Shown here piece after piece: positions 9,701 through 21,523 of a DNA stretch of 64,000 nucleotides. This DNA is from Psilocybe cubensis (taxonomy: Eukaryota). A program made the position numbers and the translations under genes. Each line of letters starts with the position of its first letter. The first letter of the stretch is position 1. Below the pieces are notes generated by a model. That model had not been told where the DNA came from. It made no database searches and saw nothing but the letters and a program-made list of their open reading frames with translations. The stretch is from the NCBI GenBank assembly GCA_017499595.2, contig CM039005.1:806001-870000 (forward strand), in the 5' to 3' direction.

Positions 9701-12045
9701 CTTTGGGATGCGCAGCTTATGTGTACCTACACAAGGAGCAGCGTAAAAATAAGTTATCACCGCGTTCCGAGTTGATGACATTCCTCGGCTACGAATCTAA
9801 TTCGGTGATGATCTTTATGAGATCTCCGAATAATGTGGTCTTTCGTGCGAACAAGGCCCTATTCGATGAAACCTTATTCCCAAAGTGTGAATCTAAGAGG
9901 AAGATTCCACCCAACACACGCTTTAATCCTCCAAAACCAAAGGGACCCTCCTTTGAAATCGGCTATGGAAGTGAGTCGACCGATTCCAATAACGACGACT
10001 TTCCAATGCCACCTCTGCCGAAAGAGACAGGCGATCAACCGAGCCCACGGTCCGCCAGTCCTCCAAGTTCTATGCCAGGGCCTAGTTCACGTCCTCCTCG
10101 TGACGATGACGATGATCAGGATGACGATCAGGGATACGTAACACCTCCCACGTCAAATCAAAGACCAAAAATGCCTGATACACCTGTCAAGCCTCCGCCC
10201 AGAAGGTCGGATAGAACTCGGAAAGTACCAGAGCGGGAAGGCAATGTTTACCGACCCGGAACAACAACCGATAAAGATCGACGTAAGAAGCTGCAGACTG
10301 TTTCACACGGAGTGGCATCCGTCCCTGATTACGTGCCACTTACTCGATCTAGTAGCAATCGCAATGTTGAATCTGGTATCCCTAATTCAGGGACGGAAGG
10401 GGGAGTAGCAAACAGTCTTTTCGCGACATTACTTTCCAAACGGGTCTGCGAAATTATCTGCGCTGCTGATTATGGTCTCACAAAGGATGTCCGTGACTGG
10501 ACCCTGCGTGATTTGCTGAAATTACCAGCTGACCAACAGAAGGAATGGAGACAAGCCATGAAAGACGAGTTAGAGGTCCTCGTCAAAAGAGAGGTCTATG
10601 AGCTTGTCGATCTCCCTAATGGCCGAAAAGCCATCAAATGCAGATGGGTCTACGACATCAAAACTGATGGTTGGAAAAAGGCTCGTCTGGTAGCCAAAGG
10701 CTTCTTACAGATAGAAGGCCTAGACTACGATGAGTTATTCTCACCTGTGGTCATGCTACCAAGTGTTCGCACAATATTTGCCCTTGCCGCACTCAAAGGG
10801 TGGAAAGTCTGGTCTCTTGACGTCATATCGGCCTTCCTTTATGGGCCGTTAGACGAGGAGATATATATAGAACAGCCTGAGGGCTTTGTTCTAAAGGGAC
10901 AGGAGAAGAAAGTACTCCGGCTTAAAAAGGCAATTTATGGGCTCAAACAAGCCGCACGAGCATGGTGGTTCGAGCTAGACAGAAGTCTAAAAGAGCTTGG
11001 ATTCACCAGACTATACTCGGACGCCGGCATCTTCATCTCACGTCATACCGACGGCACGTTAGCAATAATGTTTGCCTATGTCGACGACATCCAGATCACC
11101 GGACCTAACTCCGAACTCTCACGACAGAAGAAAGATCTCTTTATGAAGAAGTGGGATTGCCGGGATCTTGGAGAATCACGGGAGTTTCTCCGCATGGCTA
11201 TTGATTATAAAGACGGCAAAATCCTCTTGAGTCAAGCCAACTATTTGGAGAAGGTTCTAACTCGGTTTGGCATGAGCAATGCTAAAGCTGCTAGAACTCC
11301 CTTACCCACGGGCTATCGCCCAATGCCGTTCGATGGTACTAGTTCGGCACAACTTCGCTCGCAGTACCAATCAGTGATTGGTTCCTTGCTTTACCTAATG
11401 CTTGGAACTAGACCTGATATTGCCTATGCAGTGACTCAGATGGCGAAGTTTGCTTCCAATCCGTCTGAAGACCACATGAACAAGGCTAAATATATTATGC
11501 GGTATCTTGTTGGCACACGCAAATATGCCTTAGTTTATGATGGGAAGTCTCGCGCTGGCCTATATGCCTATTGTGACGCCTCTTATGGAGATGACCAATC
11601 AGAGCTCGACCTTAAGCGTCGGTCTGCACAAGGCTACTTCTTTAGCTTGGCAAATGCCGCGGTCATGTGGAAATCACAGACACAGAAGTTAGTCTCAACG
11701 TCGTCTACTATGAGTGAATACATGGCACTCTCCGACTGCGCCAAAGATTGCGCATGGATCAAAAATCTATTTGCGGAACTGGCCAAACCAATTTCCCACG
11801 TCCCAGTCTATGCGGACTCACATGGTGCAATATTCAATGCGCAGAATCCTGTGACACAAAAAGGGATTAAGCATGTGGAGATTCGCTATCATTACATACG
11901 GGAACAAATAGAGCAAGGCACACTCAAGTTATATGCAGTTCCGACTGCTGATAACGTTGCCGATATGTTTACCAAGAATCTAGGTCCTGATCTATTCTTG
12001 AAACATAGATCCGCTCTTGGCCTTGAGTTTTACCCGCTAGATTAG
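6793..12045 (+). CDS. Copia Gag-Pol polyprotein (1750 aa from ATG 6793)
   Basis: Gag N-terminus PKFDGSNYRKW; protease WLMDSGAS; integrase LWHRRLGH..CEGC, HCD, DNGGEF, NGRAER; RT KARLVAKGF, YVDD; RNase H YCDASY, EYMAL, ADMFTK. No internal stops. Confidence 0.97.
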   Translation: MSSKATVSVSEFPKFDGSNYRKWADKMLPIFLLTGVDGVISGDVVAPSPIEGEPAFPSPVAPATTVNAAQIELWKIQFQRWSQRSSSFEKAMKDFKEQNSKALGVIANSLIPSIWETVKGKTAKGAWDDLKAKYDKVQFVEVMEDFKRLTTFKFDLSDPTPQLARFRAIYEHVKKVENADLVSETMACLILFSRLPLAVSPNQPPSIYQDLINDYGDKTKIDDMKLEAISADIRNRWGARFGNLDDRQKPKKGTTYDPKPAPKTGPSRAPQQSAERNTAIRPKGEHPHYHPSKTPNQGQSQGDNQEKRIRKRAPRGKGKQRAQGNTALADDVFMASTLTVLKPAIPAPTTSRIIEINGRGSISSRTSAPAGPWRNPDTRMAPYPAPAAARSLASRIGVKPTSQALQIMESVATSSLQIPSDVSLAEKLKTPPVNSETIDDHMVVDGEITSPEIEKLNNELFGPEPKQWGDIPNFDDQRERSPDVPIEERVDYGENDEDLYDGYYDDHFVDRQVSSSSSNWTINNAEIPTGTTPSRDDNDSTVDRPEEEEFPVDIYYSFVHDVYQKYLSHFACCPDCKGKGTEKPKKGKEAITAWLMDSGASVHFTGDKSDFASYQDFAENNRPISQTATTTVPITGFGTVFVEVVSHSEDLGHEVRRLHPVLYMEQLHVRLMSMGQLLSSGMTIEGTAKVLRFFDLPKKSYGLQARADSIESNRHPMYWVHTRIVSGEDISTLSSTLQESSDLWHRRLGHPSDDVLRHFRDSTKNFPKISVPKDKNVCEGCAKGKMTDKSYDENPKHAKKPFDHIHCDLKTFSVYSYQKCKYFMSFLDDHTPHVWLYFLKKKSDAAAAVNSFEKMVEKQYGTSVKEYFFDNGGEFVSTEFLERLQNAGTRACFTAPYAHQSNGRAERLNRTIMEKSKAMRHYACLPDSWWQFCCAHAVFLYNRTPVKRIEWKTPHQALKGELPDVSKIKTLGCAAYVYLHKEQRKNKLSPRSELMTFLGYESNSVMIFMRSPNNVVFRANKALFDETLFPKCESKRKIPPNTRFNPPKPKGPSFEIGYGSESTDSNNDDFPMPPLPKETGDQPSPRSASPPSSMPGPSSRPPRDDDDDQDDDQGYVTPPTSNQRPKMPDTPVKPPPRRSDRTRKVPEREGNVYRPGTTTDKDRRKKLQTVSHGVASVPDYVPLTRSSSNRNVESGIPNSGTEGGVANSLFATLLSKRVCEIICAADYGLTKDVRDWTLRDLLKLPADQQKEWRQAMKDELEVLVKREVYELVDLPNGRKAIKCRWVYDIKTDGWKKARLVAKGFLQIEGLDYDELFSPVVMLPSVRTIFALAALKGWKVWSLDVISAFLYGPLDEEIYIEQPEGFVLKGQEKKVLRLKKAIYGLKQAARAWWFELDRSLKELGFTRLYSDAGIFISRHTDGTLAIMFAYVDDIQITGPNSELSRQKKDLFMKKWDCRDLGESREFLRMAIDYKDGKILLSQANYLEKVLTRFGMSNAKAARTPLPTGYRPMPFDGTSSAQLRSQYQSVIGSLLYLMLGTRPDIAYAVTQMAKFASNPSEDHMNKAKYIMRYLVGTRKYALVYDGKSRAGLYAYCDASYGDDQSELDLKRRSAQGYFFSLANAAVMWKSQTQKLVSTSSTMSEYMALSDCAKDCAWIKNLFAELAKPISHVPVYADSHGAIFNAQNPVTQKGIKHVEIRYHYIREQIEQGTLKLYAVPTADNVADMFTKNLGPDLFLKHRSALGLEFYPLD

Positions 12046-12104
12046 TCCGTTCATGAAAACAAGTAGAGTCCCGCCTTATGGCGCGCGCACCACTTGAGGG
12101 GGAG

Positions 12105-12423
12105 TGTTGAACGACTATTATTAATAAAGATCACGTTCGACCGTGTGACTCTCAGAGTCATATGATAAGTCATGTGAATAGATTACTAAGTAGATAGATG
12201 ACTAAGTACTATACAGTAGTTACTGTCACTAGTCACATGTAACGCACTCTAGGTGTATATAAGGGCGACGCTAGTGCCCTCTAATAACAAGCGGTTTTCA
12301 CAACCCACTCGAGTAGCTACAACTCAAGTAACACGACCCAAAGGGTAAGTATTAAGTCAAGTCCTTAGCCACTGCGTACATAGACTGTGTAGAGTAGTTT
12401 TGGGCACATTATGCTGCTCAACA
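12105..12423 (+). repeat. 3' LTR
   Basis: Preceded by the PPT and followed by TSD CGTAT. Confidence 0.97.
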
Positions 12424-15068
12424 CGTATCTCAGGAATGCGAATTTTCTGGCAAAAACTAACGACGGATTCGAACTCGGACGGTCAAATAGCGTCTAAAAA
12501 CACACTTTTCATAAAATTCCCACGAGGTTTTGACCACCGCCAAATTTTTTGGCCAAAAAATTTCAAAATATAGTCATGTTACTTGGTGCCGGGCAGCTCG
12601 GCGACTCCAAATTTTACCACGAATTACTCGCTGCACAATCGGCCGGCCTAATTTTGCTTTCTCACTGCCCACACCGCTGTAACTCGCCGTCAAATCAAGA
12701 TAAGCACCCGTAAAGCGCCAGGAGCAATTGATAAAAAAACGAATATTATTGGTGGAACATGCTTTGGAAGTGCTTCAAGATGTTTTTTTTTTTGCTCAGA
12801 TTCTGTATCCTAGCTGCTTCTTGAAATGTCTTTTTTTCAACTTCATAATGGCAGTATTGCACAGTCATCCCCAGCACTATAGACATAGTTTATGAATAGG
12901 AGTAGCCATAGCTAAAAAGTATAATAGCTTGCCAGTTCTACAGGATTCAATTTCCAATGGAATTTTCACTCAAAATGCATTCATGGCCTTGAGAGAAAAG
13001 AAGATTGAGGAAGTTATTGTTTTAGGCCGGCAATGTTCCTCATTTGCTTGGGTGGTCTGCCGTTAGGTGGCATCTTGCCGAATTTATTTAAGGGGAACGG
13101 CTCGATAATTTTTTTTGATATTTCAGGCGCGAACCCAGAATATCAAAAGCTATCTAAAAATGAATTTTTCGAGAATTTAGCGAATTTTTTTGACCACCGC
13201 CAAATTTTTTGGGAAATTTTTTCCAAAAAAGTTGAATCTGAAAAATCTGCTCGTGCAAATCGTTTAATTAGACGTAGTATTACCTATTAAAACAGTTTCT
13301 AGGCACCCTACATGTTTGTCATAGTCTACATAATTCGTGCAAAAAAATTGATGTCTTTGATTGTCCTCAACTGTATGCGGGAGTAGTTGAATTTTCTTGG
13401 CACGAACAGGGGAAGTTTGTGAGAGTGTGGCGCTTAGGTTTGTAGGTTCGTGGGCGCTTGATGCTTGCCGGATATGAGCGTATTTTATGCGGAGGTGGAA
13501 AATGAAAGGTAGAATATGACAAGACTCCTTTTTAGATTTTTTGCCGGTTCATAATGAATGAGATTCGACTCCTTGTCAACGCTGGCTGTCGAACGGCCAA
13601 AGTCGATGTCAAAGTCATCGACGTCACGGTATTTAAATGCTGAAAAAATGTTTAAGCGCATTGCATCATCGGGTCATTTTTACTTTACCCCTCTCCGTGG
13701 AAAGGTAATGCAAGAATTGAACTAGCATCTAGAGACTAGATGTCTGGAAAAGGTTTCTTCAGAGTCTACTGAGCAATAAAAATAGATCATATCATCATCA
13801 CGGTCATCTCCATCTTCGTGTTCTCCATCTCGCGTTTGAACTTGATTAACCTGCCTGCAATATCAGTACCCCAAAATCCCAAAAATAAATGGTATTGTAG
13901 TATCATGAGGTATTGGCTCATCTCAAAGACGCGTTTCGATAATTTTCCTTGTCATACAGTAAAGTGAACGTGTCGGAAAGTGACTGCCCAATGGTAACCA
14001 AATGAATTAATAACACGGCGGTCTCCCCAGCAGCCAGTCTAGAAATCGTTAGTCCTGGTGCGCAATCAAACGGCAAAATCGAGTCTTACACTAGGTTCAA
14101 AAGCGCTACCGGCTTCAGCATGGATCACAAACTGTTGATGGAGGAATAACATCAATGACGCCAGTCCACCAATTTTGACATCCGGTGCCTTTGGAGATCA
14201 AGAAAAGTGCGACGAATCCGTACTCGTCGGCGGGGCGCGAGTTCAGAGCTCTGCAAAGCGCAGGGCGGGATGGAATCAGTAAGAGAATGCGCTGTAAAAT
14301 GGTGGCGGGGGTAAATTGAATGGGTCACTGGATGGGTCACAACGCTACAGGGCTTGAATAGAGTTCTCTTTACTTGCATCAGAAGCTGCATGGGACTGGA
14401 ACATTTGTTCCGAGATGGCGGGGCATTCGGTTGGCCGCCTCTAATTTGAAACTCGGGGGTCGCACCCTTGGCAGAGGCATTAATCGACGCCAGGACAAGG
14501 TCGTTCTGTTGCTGGGAAAATTGGCACTGGTTCTGAGGACAGTGGTCGACGTCGGGCATTCGAGAAACAAAGCTGGTGGTGACGCTCTGTGAGAGCAGGA
14601 TTCGGAACGGCAGAGATTCGGCACCAGTGAAGATTTACAGCGAGAAGTGATGGGATTGATGGGACCTGTGTCTTGACACGCGGTGATTGGTCTTCGGACT
14701 TGTCATGTCTGCTGGCTACAATTTCAAAAATACAAACCACACTTGTTTCTCACCATTCTATCTTGGCATGTGGCCGCTCTCAACGTCTGTGTTTTCCTAT
14801 TGACAACGTCCACCATTCTCTCACTGCTCAGAGGACGGTCTGTCTATCTCTCAATCCTGTGTTGACCTTTCACGAGCGCGCCATTTCAGGGTGAGTATCA
14901 TTTAACTCTATCAACCCCATCATCATCACACCACAGGACACAGCTCAGATTTGCTGACCTATCAATTCCTTTCTGCAGATTTTGACGAGGCGATACCAAT
15001 TGCCTAGATTATCTGTTTACACACTCTTTTAGTACACCACATTCGTTTATACACATACACCGCACAGC

Positions 15069-16462
15069 ATGTTCACTCCTCCTCCCTCCCCTCGGCCATA
15101 TACTTCGAGAGAGCCCCCTGCACCAGTTCCAGTGCTCCCTCTCGAAAAGCCAATGGAAATTACGGAATCACCTCTGCCCCACCATTCCTCCTTCCCCACG
15201 CATGAAGGTAAACGAAGGACGGGACGCCGGTACCGATGGGCGGTCCTCGTTGCGCCTATGCTGCTCGTGCTATTGACAGCCTACAGGGGTTACGTCTCGT
15301 CGGCAACCGTCTCGACGAGCACACTACGATCTCTGTCATGGCGTGGTCTCGTCGCGGAGGGATCAACATCGTGGAGCTCACACCTCAAGAGATCACCTGA
15401 ACCGGAACCCCAAGCCCCTTCTCCAGTTTCTCAATCCTCCTCCTCCTCCTCTTCTTCTTCATCCTCAAGCTCGTCGTCATCTGCTTCGAGCTCCGCAACA
15501 TCTACCGCTTCCCAAACCATACCCACTATACCCTCCTCGCCTCCCGTCCTTCCTACCCCGTTCCCCCAGCCGTTCGATGACAACATTGCTTCCAACTTTA
15601 CGAGCACCACATGTGCCACATTCTTCGCCAACATGACCAGTGCGACACCTTTCAGATCCTGTCGCCCATTCTCGCTGCTCCTCACATCAAATGCATTTAT
15701 CATTGTACGTATGATCGCGAGTGTTTTCGTTGAACTGCTCTGACCTGATTTTGTGCTGTGTAATGATGATAGGCCCAAACCAATTTGACTCTGATGAACT
15801 CGCTGATATGGGGGACGTGTAACACAAATACAGGATTTGACCAGTGCAAAGCCAACATGGGATGGTTTGCATCGGCATTGAAAACAGCATGTTCCCAGGA
15901 GCTATCCAGCAAGAACGCAATGGCTACAACAACGCTCATGGGTATGTTTTTCAATCCCTAGATTCGGATTTGCTTGTGAATGAAATATCGTTGAATAATA
16001 CTGTTTCAAGGCCTCAACTCGTACTCTGTCATGCACGATGTCGCCTGTCTCCCTGACCCAACATCCAATACCTATTGCTACATCAACGCTGTACGCAACA
16101 GCAACCCTGCTGACCTATACTACTACAACCTGCCTTCTGGACTCACGATACCAAAAAACGCACAACCGACATGCTCGTCCTGTTCCAAGAGTATCATGGG
16201 CAAGTACCAAAGCGCGCTGGCAGACCCGGTTTTAGGCCCAGGTCTGACAGGCTTAAAAACGGCGTACCCCCCGAGTGCACAATTGAGCGCTCAGCTATGC
16301 GGCGCGGCGTTCCTGCCGGCTGCTGCGAATGTGTCGAGTGCGGCGGTGGCAGCGGTGCTGAGAGGACCGTCGTGGGCATTGATAGGTGGCCTTGGCGTTC
16401 TGGTGTGGATGTTGTCCGGTTCGAATGGTTTGAACCTGCTGTTGCCGCTATCGTGGTCTTGA
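15069..16462 (+). CDS. Membrane/cell-surface protein with Ser-rich linker and Cys-rich fungal domain (DUF7729-like)
   Basis: Exons 15069-15704, 15773-15941 and 16011-16462 splice in frame (PTPFPQPFD..CRPFSLLL..WGTCNT..YCY..DLYYYNLP). N-terminal TM segment and hydrophobic C-terminus (TM or GPI signal). Family name from recall. Confidence 0.8.
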
Positions 16463-17860
16463 TGGATTTGTCGGCGTTTGAGCAACCGTTCAAGTGCACC
16501 ATACTACTAAACTCACCCCATGGTCCTGCTTTCGAGGCCATGTCATGACCGCCACGCTTACTATTTCTCGCCCGGCTCGACCACACAACTATCCCGACTC
16601 ATTATAAGTTCCCTCCCCACACACACACTCACGCACGGGTTCTATTTACAGATCATCTATCATCGACAATATGACGTCCGTTCTTTTATCTACAGGGTTT
16701 ATTTGGTTTTGATTTCTGGTGTTCTGATGTTTGTCTTTTTATATCTTACCATTCTTCTTACTTTATTTCGCTTTTTAACAAAAGGGATGTCTATGCGGAA
16801 ATTTTGTGTGTACATGTTCAAAATTGTGCATACAAACGCAATAGCGCTCTGCTGCCTTTCAAGGACACTGCCACTACCGTATTGCTAACCCAACCATCCA
16901 TGTCCATCCACATCCATCCTCACCCATTTTTATCCAACCTCGACTCCCATCTACCCGTTATATCTTTCATGCTATTTATTACCTTCAACATTCGATCAAG
17001 TTCTCATTGCACTGCGCATTTTCATCCTTCTTTGTCCTCCTTCCTGCGTTGTGCCTCATCCAGAGCATAGTTGTCCTACTATCAATTCAAAGCTCTTTTC
17101 CTTTTACACCCACGGGGATTGACCTGATTTGTCTCCGCGCAATTGCACTGTCACACCTACCCATTATAAACACATCATCCAATTACACACACCCGTCAGC
17201 CGTTCGGTCGTCCTGCCTGGCATCCAACTACCTGTAGTCATTGCGGTTCGTTCCGGACATGCCAGACCGTTTCTGCGTACACGCCGTCAAAAAATCATAG
17301 AACCAATGCCTTATCCTACATCCACGTTACTTGCATCCCAGTTTCAACGTTTTGAACTTCCTTCTGATCCAAAGATGACATGGACGATACTCATGGAGGG
17401 CTGGTGCCGCCGTCTGACCTGGGATCTCGTTGCTGATGTATTGCATCTCTTCCTTGTACCTGTCATCAACCTCGTCGTTTATCCGTCGTATTCCGTTTTG
17501 GGCCCTGTGTACGTCTCGGCCCTTATAACTGCCTATATAGCGTGTGCTTTGCAGATTCCGAGCGCCGTGCGAACTTGGCGCTCGACATTTTCCACAGGCT
17601 CAGTACAAGGAGCGATAGACATCTCCGCTGTCTGTGTTGTTGTCTTGTCTGGCTCTCGAGTCTCTACGCATACAACGGAACCGCCTCTCGCGGATGATTA
17701 TACCGATGAGAGGTTTTGGCTTAGGCTTTAGCACTCATTAACATACCCGTTCAGTTTAAAGCATTGTACATATTAGGAAGTGGTATTACCGCATCCGGCT
17801 CTACCAATATACTATGCTTCGTGTCGGCGTTAAATGGGATCTTAAAGCTCGTTATGTAGA

Positions 17861-17905
17861 GACTAGTAAGTACCTGGATGTACTACATCCAGTTACTTAC
17901 TAGTC
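17861..17905. repeat. 45-bp near-perfect palindrome
   Basis: GACTAGTAAGTACCTGGATGTA-C-TACATCCAGTTACTTACTAGTC; arms match 21/22. Confidence 0.9.
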
Positions 17906-18673
17906 CATAGTATGCGCATTAAACGATCGCGACCGTCACTTTTTCTGCCACTTAAACTCGTTAATCAATAGCGGAAGAATTGTACCCGTTCTTTAGGGGT
18001 CTGTCAGTGACGTCTAACTGGTAAGTAATGAGTCTGAGGGATTCAGGGATGAGAATTGGGAGATATTATGACCGATGACGCCGTTCTATTCAAGTAGTAG
18101 ATCTGTGTGGCATCTCGATTCAGAGACTGCGTTCAAGTTCTCAATAAATGGTACTGATAGGTGGTTGGCCTAGACGGTGTTGTCACTTCAATGAAAACTT
18201 GGTGGCATGGAAGTCAAACTTCAAAGACCCACATACGACCACGTCAATATCAGTTGCATGACCTTGAGTGGCGAATGGACTTGGACAGCCTTCCTTCCCA
18301 AATAATTAGCAAAATGTAGTACAGACGTTTAGTGCTGGATGTTTTCTTGTTAATTGTACGAGGACCGGCGCGAGTAGCATCCAATTACTAGTGCTCCAAC
18401 TCTACTGACAAATGTCGAAATCTTTGATATCGATTTAGTCCTGTATTTCAAACCATTAAAGTTGGTATTCCTATTTCAGAATTTCGGCCATCTGGAAGTA
18501 CATGGTAATTGAAAAGGAAATATGACGGCATGTATGGAACAGATTTGCAAGTTTGAACAGAGGTTTGAAAAGTCTGCGAAATAAACAAAAGTACAAGGCT
18601 CTGGTATAGGCTACCACAGATTATGTGTTGTGGGGGAATAAGAGTTTCTTCTGACATGATTTGATAACGGGTC

Positions 18674-21523
18674 CTACTGAGCGATGGAGGAGTACTTAAC
18701 CTGAAGTGTCTGTCGTGTAATCTCATCAGGGGGTTCAAAGGATGGCTTCTGAGATTTGAGTCGTTCCAAAAGAGATTCCTGTTCAAGAATACTGTTGGGC
18801 GGGAGGGCTGAGCGCAATACAGAGTTGAACCTCTCCCAGAGGTTATCGGATGCCAGACGAGGTGCGTTGTTGGCCGATGTCAACATCTGAAATTGATGTT
18901 CCGCATGGTATATATTTAGATTGGCAAGGAGTTTTTGAGCCATGGGCCAATATGTCTTGTAGTTTGCCTGAACCTGGATTGCGAGTTTTGGCTTTAAACT
19001 GCCATAGAAATGCCGCTTTTCTTTTGAACAAATTGTGTAGTTCGACGTTCGCCAAGAATCAACTGCCGCATTCTTTTTGCGAATCCCTCTGTCATAAAGG
19101 AGAATCACATAGGTAAGAATCCAAATGAATGATTCCAATTCATGGTGATAAAATCTGTGGATTTTCCCTTCCCAGTACTTCTTTCTCAGGAGTTCGAGGG
19201 CCATGAATGGGACAGTCCCGGTACCGTGGGTCCCAATGACACGAGGTTCCCATTGCAACAGAGAAAGATCAAAGTCGCTCAGAACCCCGCAATTTTCATC
19301 CGGGTCGTACATGATATTGCTTAGACTAGGATCCCCATGTTCAACGTAGTTTTTCCAAAGAAATGCGTGACCTAAATAGGCATCCCATGTCAAAATCATC
19401 ATTTACAAGAAATAATCATGGCTTACATATAACGGTTTCAAGCCAAGCCTTGATAAAATCTGCACCGTCGACGGTCGTGATCTCCTCTAGCTTTCTGAGA
19501 CCCAATATCCGGAGAGTGCGGTGGCCCTTCCATCGCCGTTTAATCATGCTCCGAATACGATGAGTGGTGCATCCCGGCACGTCTCCATAAAACAGTACGG
19601 AGGGCAGGTGTTTGAGCATGGTCTTGTCCTTGTCTGCGGCCATCTTGCGGACGACCTGGATGGTTTCTCCTTCGTGCCGTCGTTCAACTTCAGGGTGATA
19701 TATCTTACAGACCATTGGTACAGATACCAATGCACCGTCTTCATCAAAACCCTGGGCCAAAACAACTGCTGTGGTGTTGCCGTTCAAGCTGTGCGGTGGG
19801 TGTGATAAAAAATTATCCATGTTAACTACAACCGTTGCGAGTGTGCTGCCATGATCATCTGGAACCCAAACGTTCCGCAGATGTCGCTTCAAATTGAGTT
19901 TGACCCCAGGTTCAGACACTAGTTCTAACGGTTGAACAGGCATCTTTGTTTCCATGAATTGGCTTACTGACCTGGCGTATTCCTAGACACCGGCTCGTTT
20001 TCAACCCTATCTATAAATTGGGGATTGAGACAACGAATAATCCCCCAGTCTTCCGCGCGGAAACGCTGGAAAGCAAAAAGGAGAACGAGGAAGCGAGCAA
20101 AGTCTGCAAAGATGCTGAGGCCGTCAGACTGAACGACACCCTGACGATCATGATACCAAATCCACACATGGCCATCTGTTCTGATGAGCATGCAAATCTT
20201 GTTGTAGACGAAAGAAAGAACATACCAGTGAAGAGTAAATTAATGGCATGGTGAACCCCGGCGCTATAAGACATCATTTCGAGAGCGTAAGATGCGCACT
20301 GCACACGCCCGTTAATTACCCGCTGTTTTTTCATTTCAACCTTGGTTGCCTTTCTTTTCGAATTATTGACTATGGCAGAACTTGTAGATGTGGATGCTGA
20401 ACTTGTGGGCGTCTCTGAATCCGATTCCCTTGGTTTCTTCAACGCCAAAGAGTTCTCCGCCAATAATCCATCATCCGAAGCGCGTTCCGAGTTACAGCCT
20501 TCTGTGTCAATAGACAGTGGAGGTTTGGCTTCGAAGAAAGTACGTGCTGCAACGCTTGTGAAGAAATTGTGATTTCAAACTGTCTGTTGTCACGGACTTG
20601 CCTTCTGCAGGTATACCCTCATTGACTAATTTAAAGTCCAGGCACGAGAGGATATCAACCCATTCGAAACTCTTCCGGGGCGGTTTGTCAAAGTTCACAT
20701 CGACTTCTAGACCCCGCGAGGCCGCACGTAAAGCAGCAACGAGAGACGTGATGACAACATCCGGCTTACAGTGAATATCCTGCGTGTCCTTGCAGTGGGT
20801 CGTGATATGGCTGGGATCATTGCGATGAAAGCGAATGTTGAGGGGATCTTTCTCTCGAAACCGACGCTTTGAATCTACATAAGCTAGGCGTCGGAGAGCG
20901 TTGTTGCATAGACGAACAAATTCCCCATAGCGGGACGATTCCGCTTTACCTTTGGCAAATGCGGTCGCGCTGAAATAGAACGTCGTAATTTACATCGTAG
21001 TTTAACCGAATGTAAAACTCACAAATTCTCCAACTTTTTAATGAGATCCCCATTGTTGGCAACGGGCAGCACTGATTCGAGAGCCTCGTTCAGGAGCTCA
21101 TCCAGTATGTTATCCCGTTCTTGGATCAGTTCTTGCTCCTTCTGTGACCCAAACCGAGTGTCGTCATCCTTATCATCGTTATGCTCAAGTTGTGTACTCG
21201 CTGTTTCCCCCAAAGTCTCAACCGACTCAGCAGCTGTACTAACTCCTCTGATTGTAGTGTTTCCATTTCCCACCAAATTTTCCTCATAGCCTTTCAATTG
21301 GAGCTCCTCGATCTCTTTTTGAATGACGTCCAAGCGCCTCTTCTTTGGGTCATCGTCTCGAAGAACAAGGGAGAGAAAGTACTTGAGAATAGCGTCGAAG
21401 CTGCACTTGGTTGAATTCTCTGCCTCAAGATCTCTCAAGATCGTCCCTGATATCCTCCTGTCTTTGTATTTATCAATGTATGTAAGCTATTGAAAACTCG
21501 ATGACGTACTTGTATTCCAGCAT
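18674..21523 (-). CDS. FunK1 protein kinase, copy 2 (5' end uncertain)
   Basis: ORF pieces 21019-21438, 20507-20698, 20011-20463, 19964-20191, 19416-19955 and 18674-19402 are highly similar to copies 1 and 3, with the same intron positions plus a GC-AG intron at 20547-20601. Confidence 0.8.

Larger units (their letters stand above)
6187..12423 (+). mobile_element. Full-length Ty1/copia LTR retrotransposon
   Basis: Two 319-bp TG..CA LTRs, 5-bp TSD CGTAT (6182-6186, 12424-12428), PBS, PPT GAGGGGGAG (12096-12104) and a single gag-pol ORF with order PR-IN-RT-RH. Confidence 0.98.
6152..13373. mobile_element. Tc1/mariner-type MITE (~980 bp own sequence) interrupted by the copia element
   Basis: 30-bp TIRs at 6152-6181 and 13344-13373 (29/30, (C/T)AGTTGAGGACAATCAAAGACATCAATTTT). 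TA on both sides (6150-6151, 13374-13375). Internal 25-nt direct repeat at 12528-12552 and 13188-13212; AT-rich, no transposase. Confidence 0.85.

Noticed and set aside
12870-12882. CCCAGCACTATAG also present at the 6142-6154 junction
   Set aside because: 13-nt match without further similarity; treated as chance.
13033-13290. 85-aa ORF inside the Tc1-type MITE
   Set aside because: AT-rich, with no transposase HTH or DDE features.
14152-14894. Several 60-135 aa ORFs on both strands
   Set aside because: No recognisable domain; region is upstream/5'UTR of the 15069 gene.
17129-17731. 200-aa hydrophobic ORF
   Set aside because: Non-ATG start and no family recognised; might be a real or decayed membrane-protein gene but unsupported.
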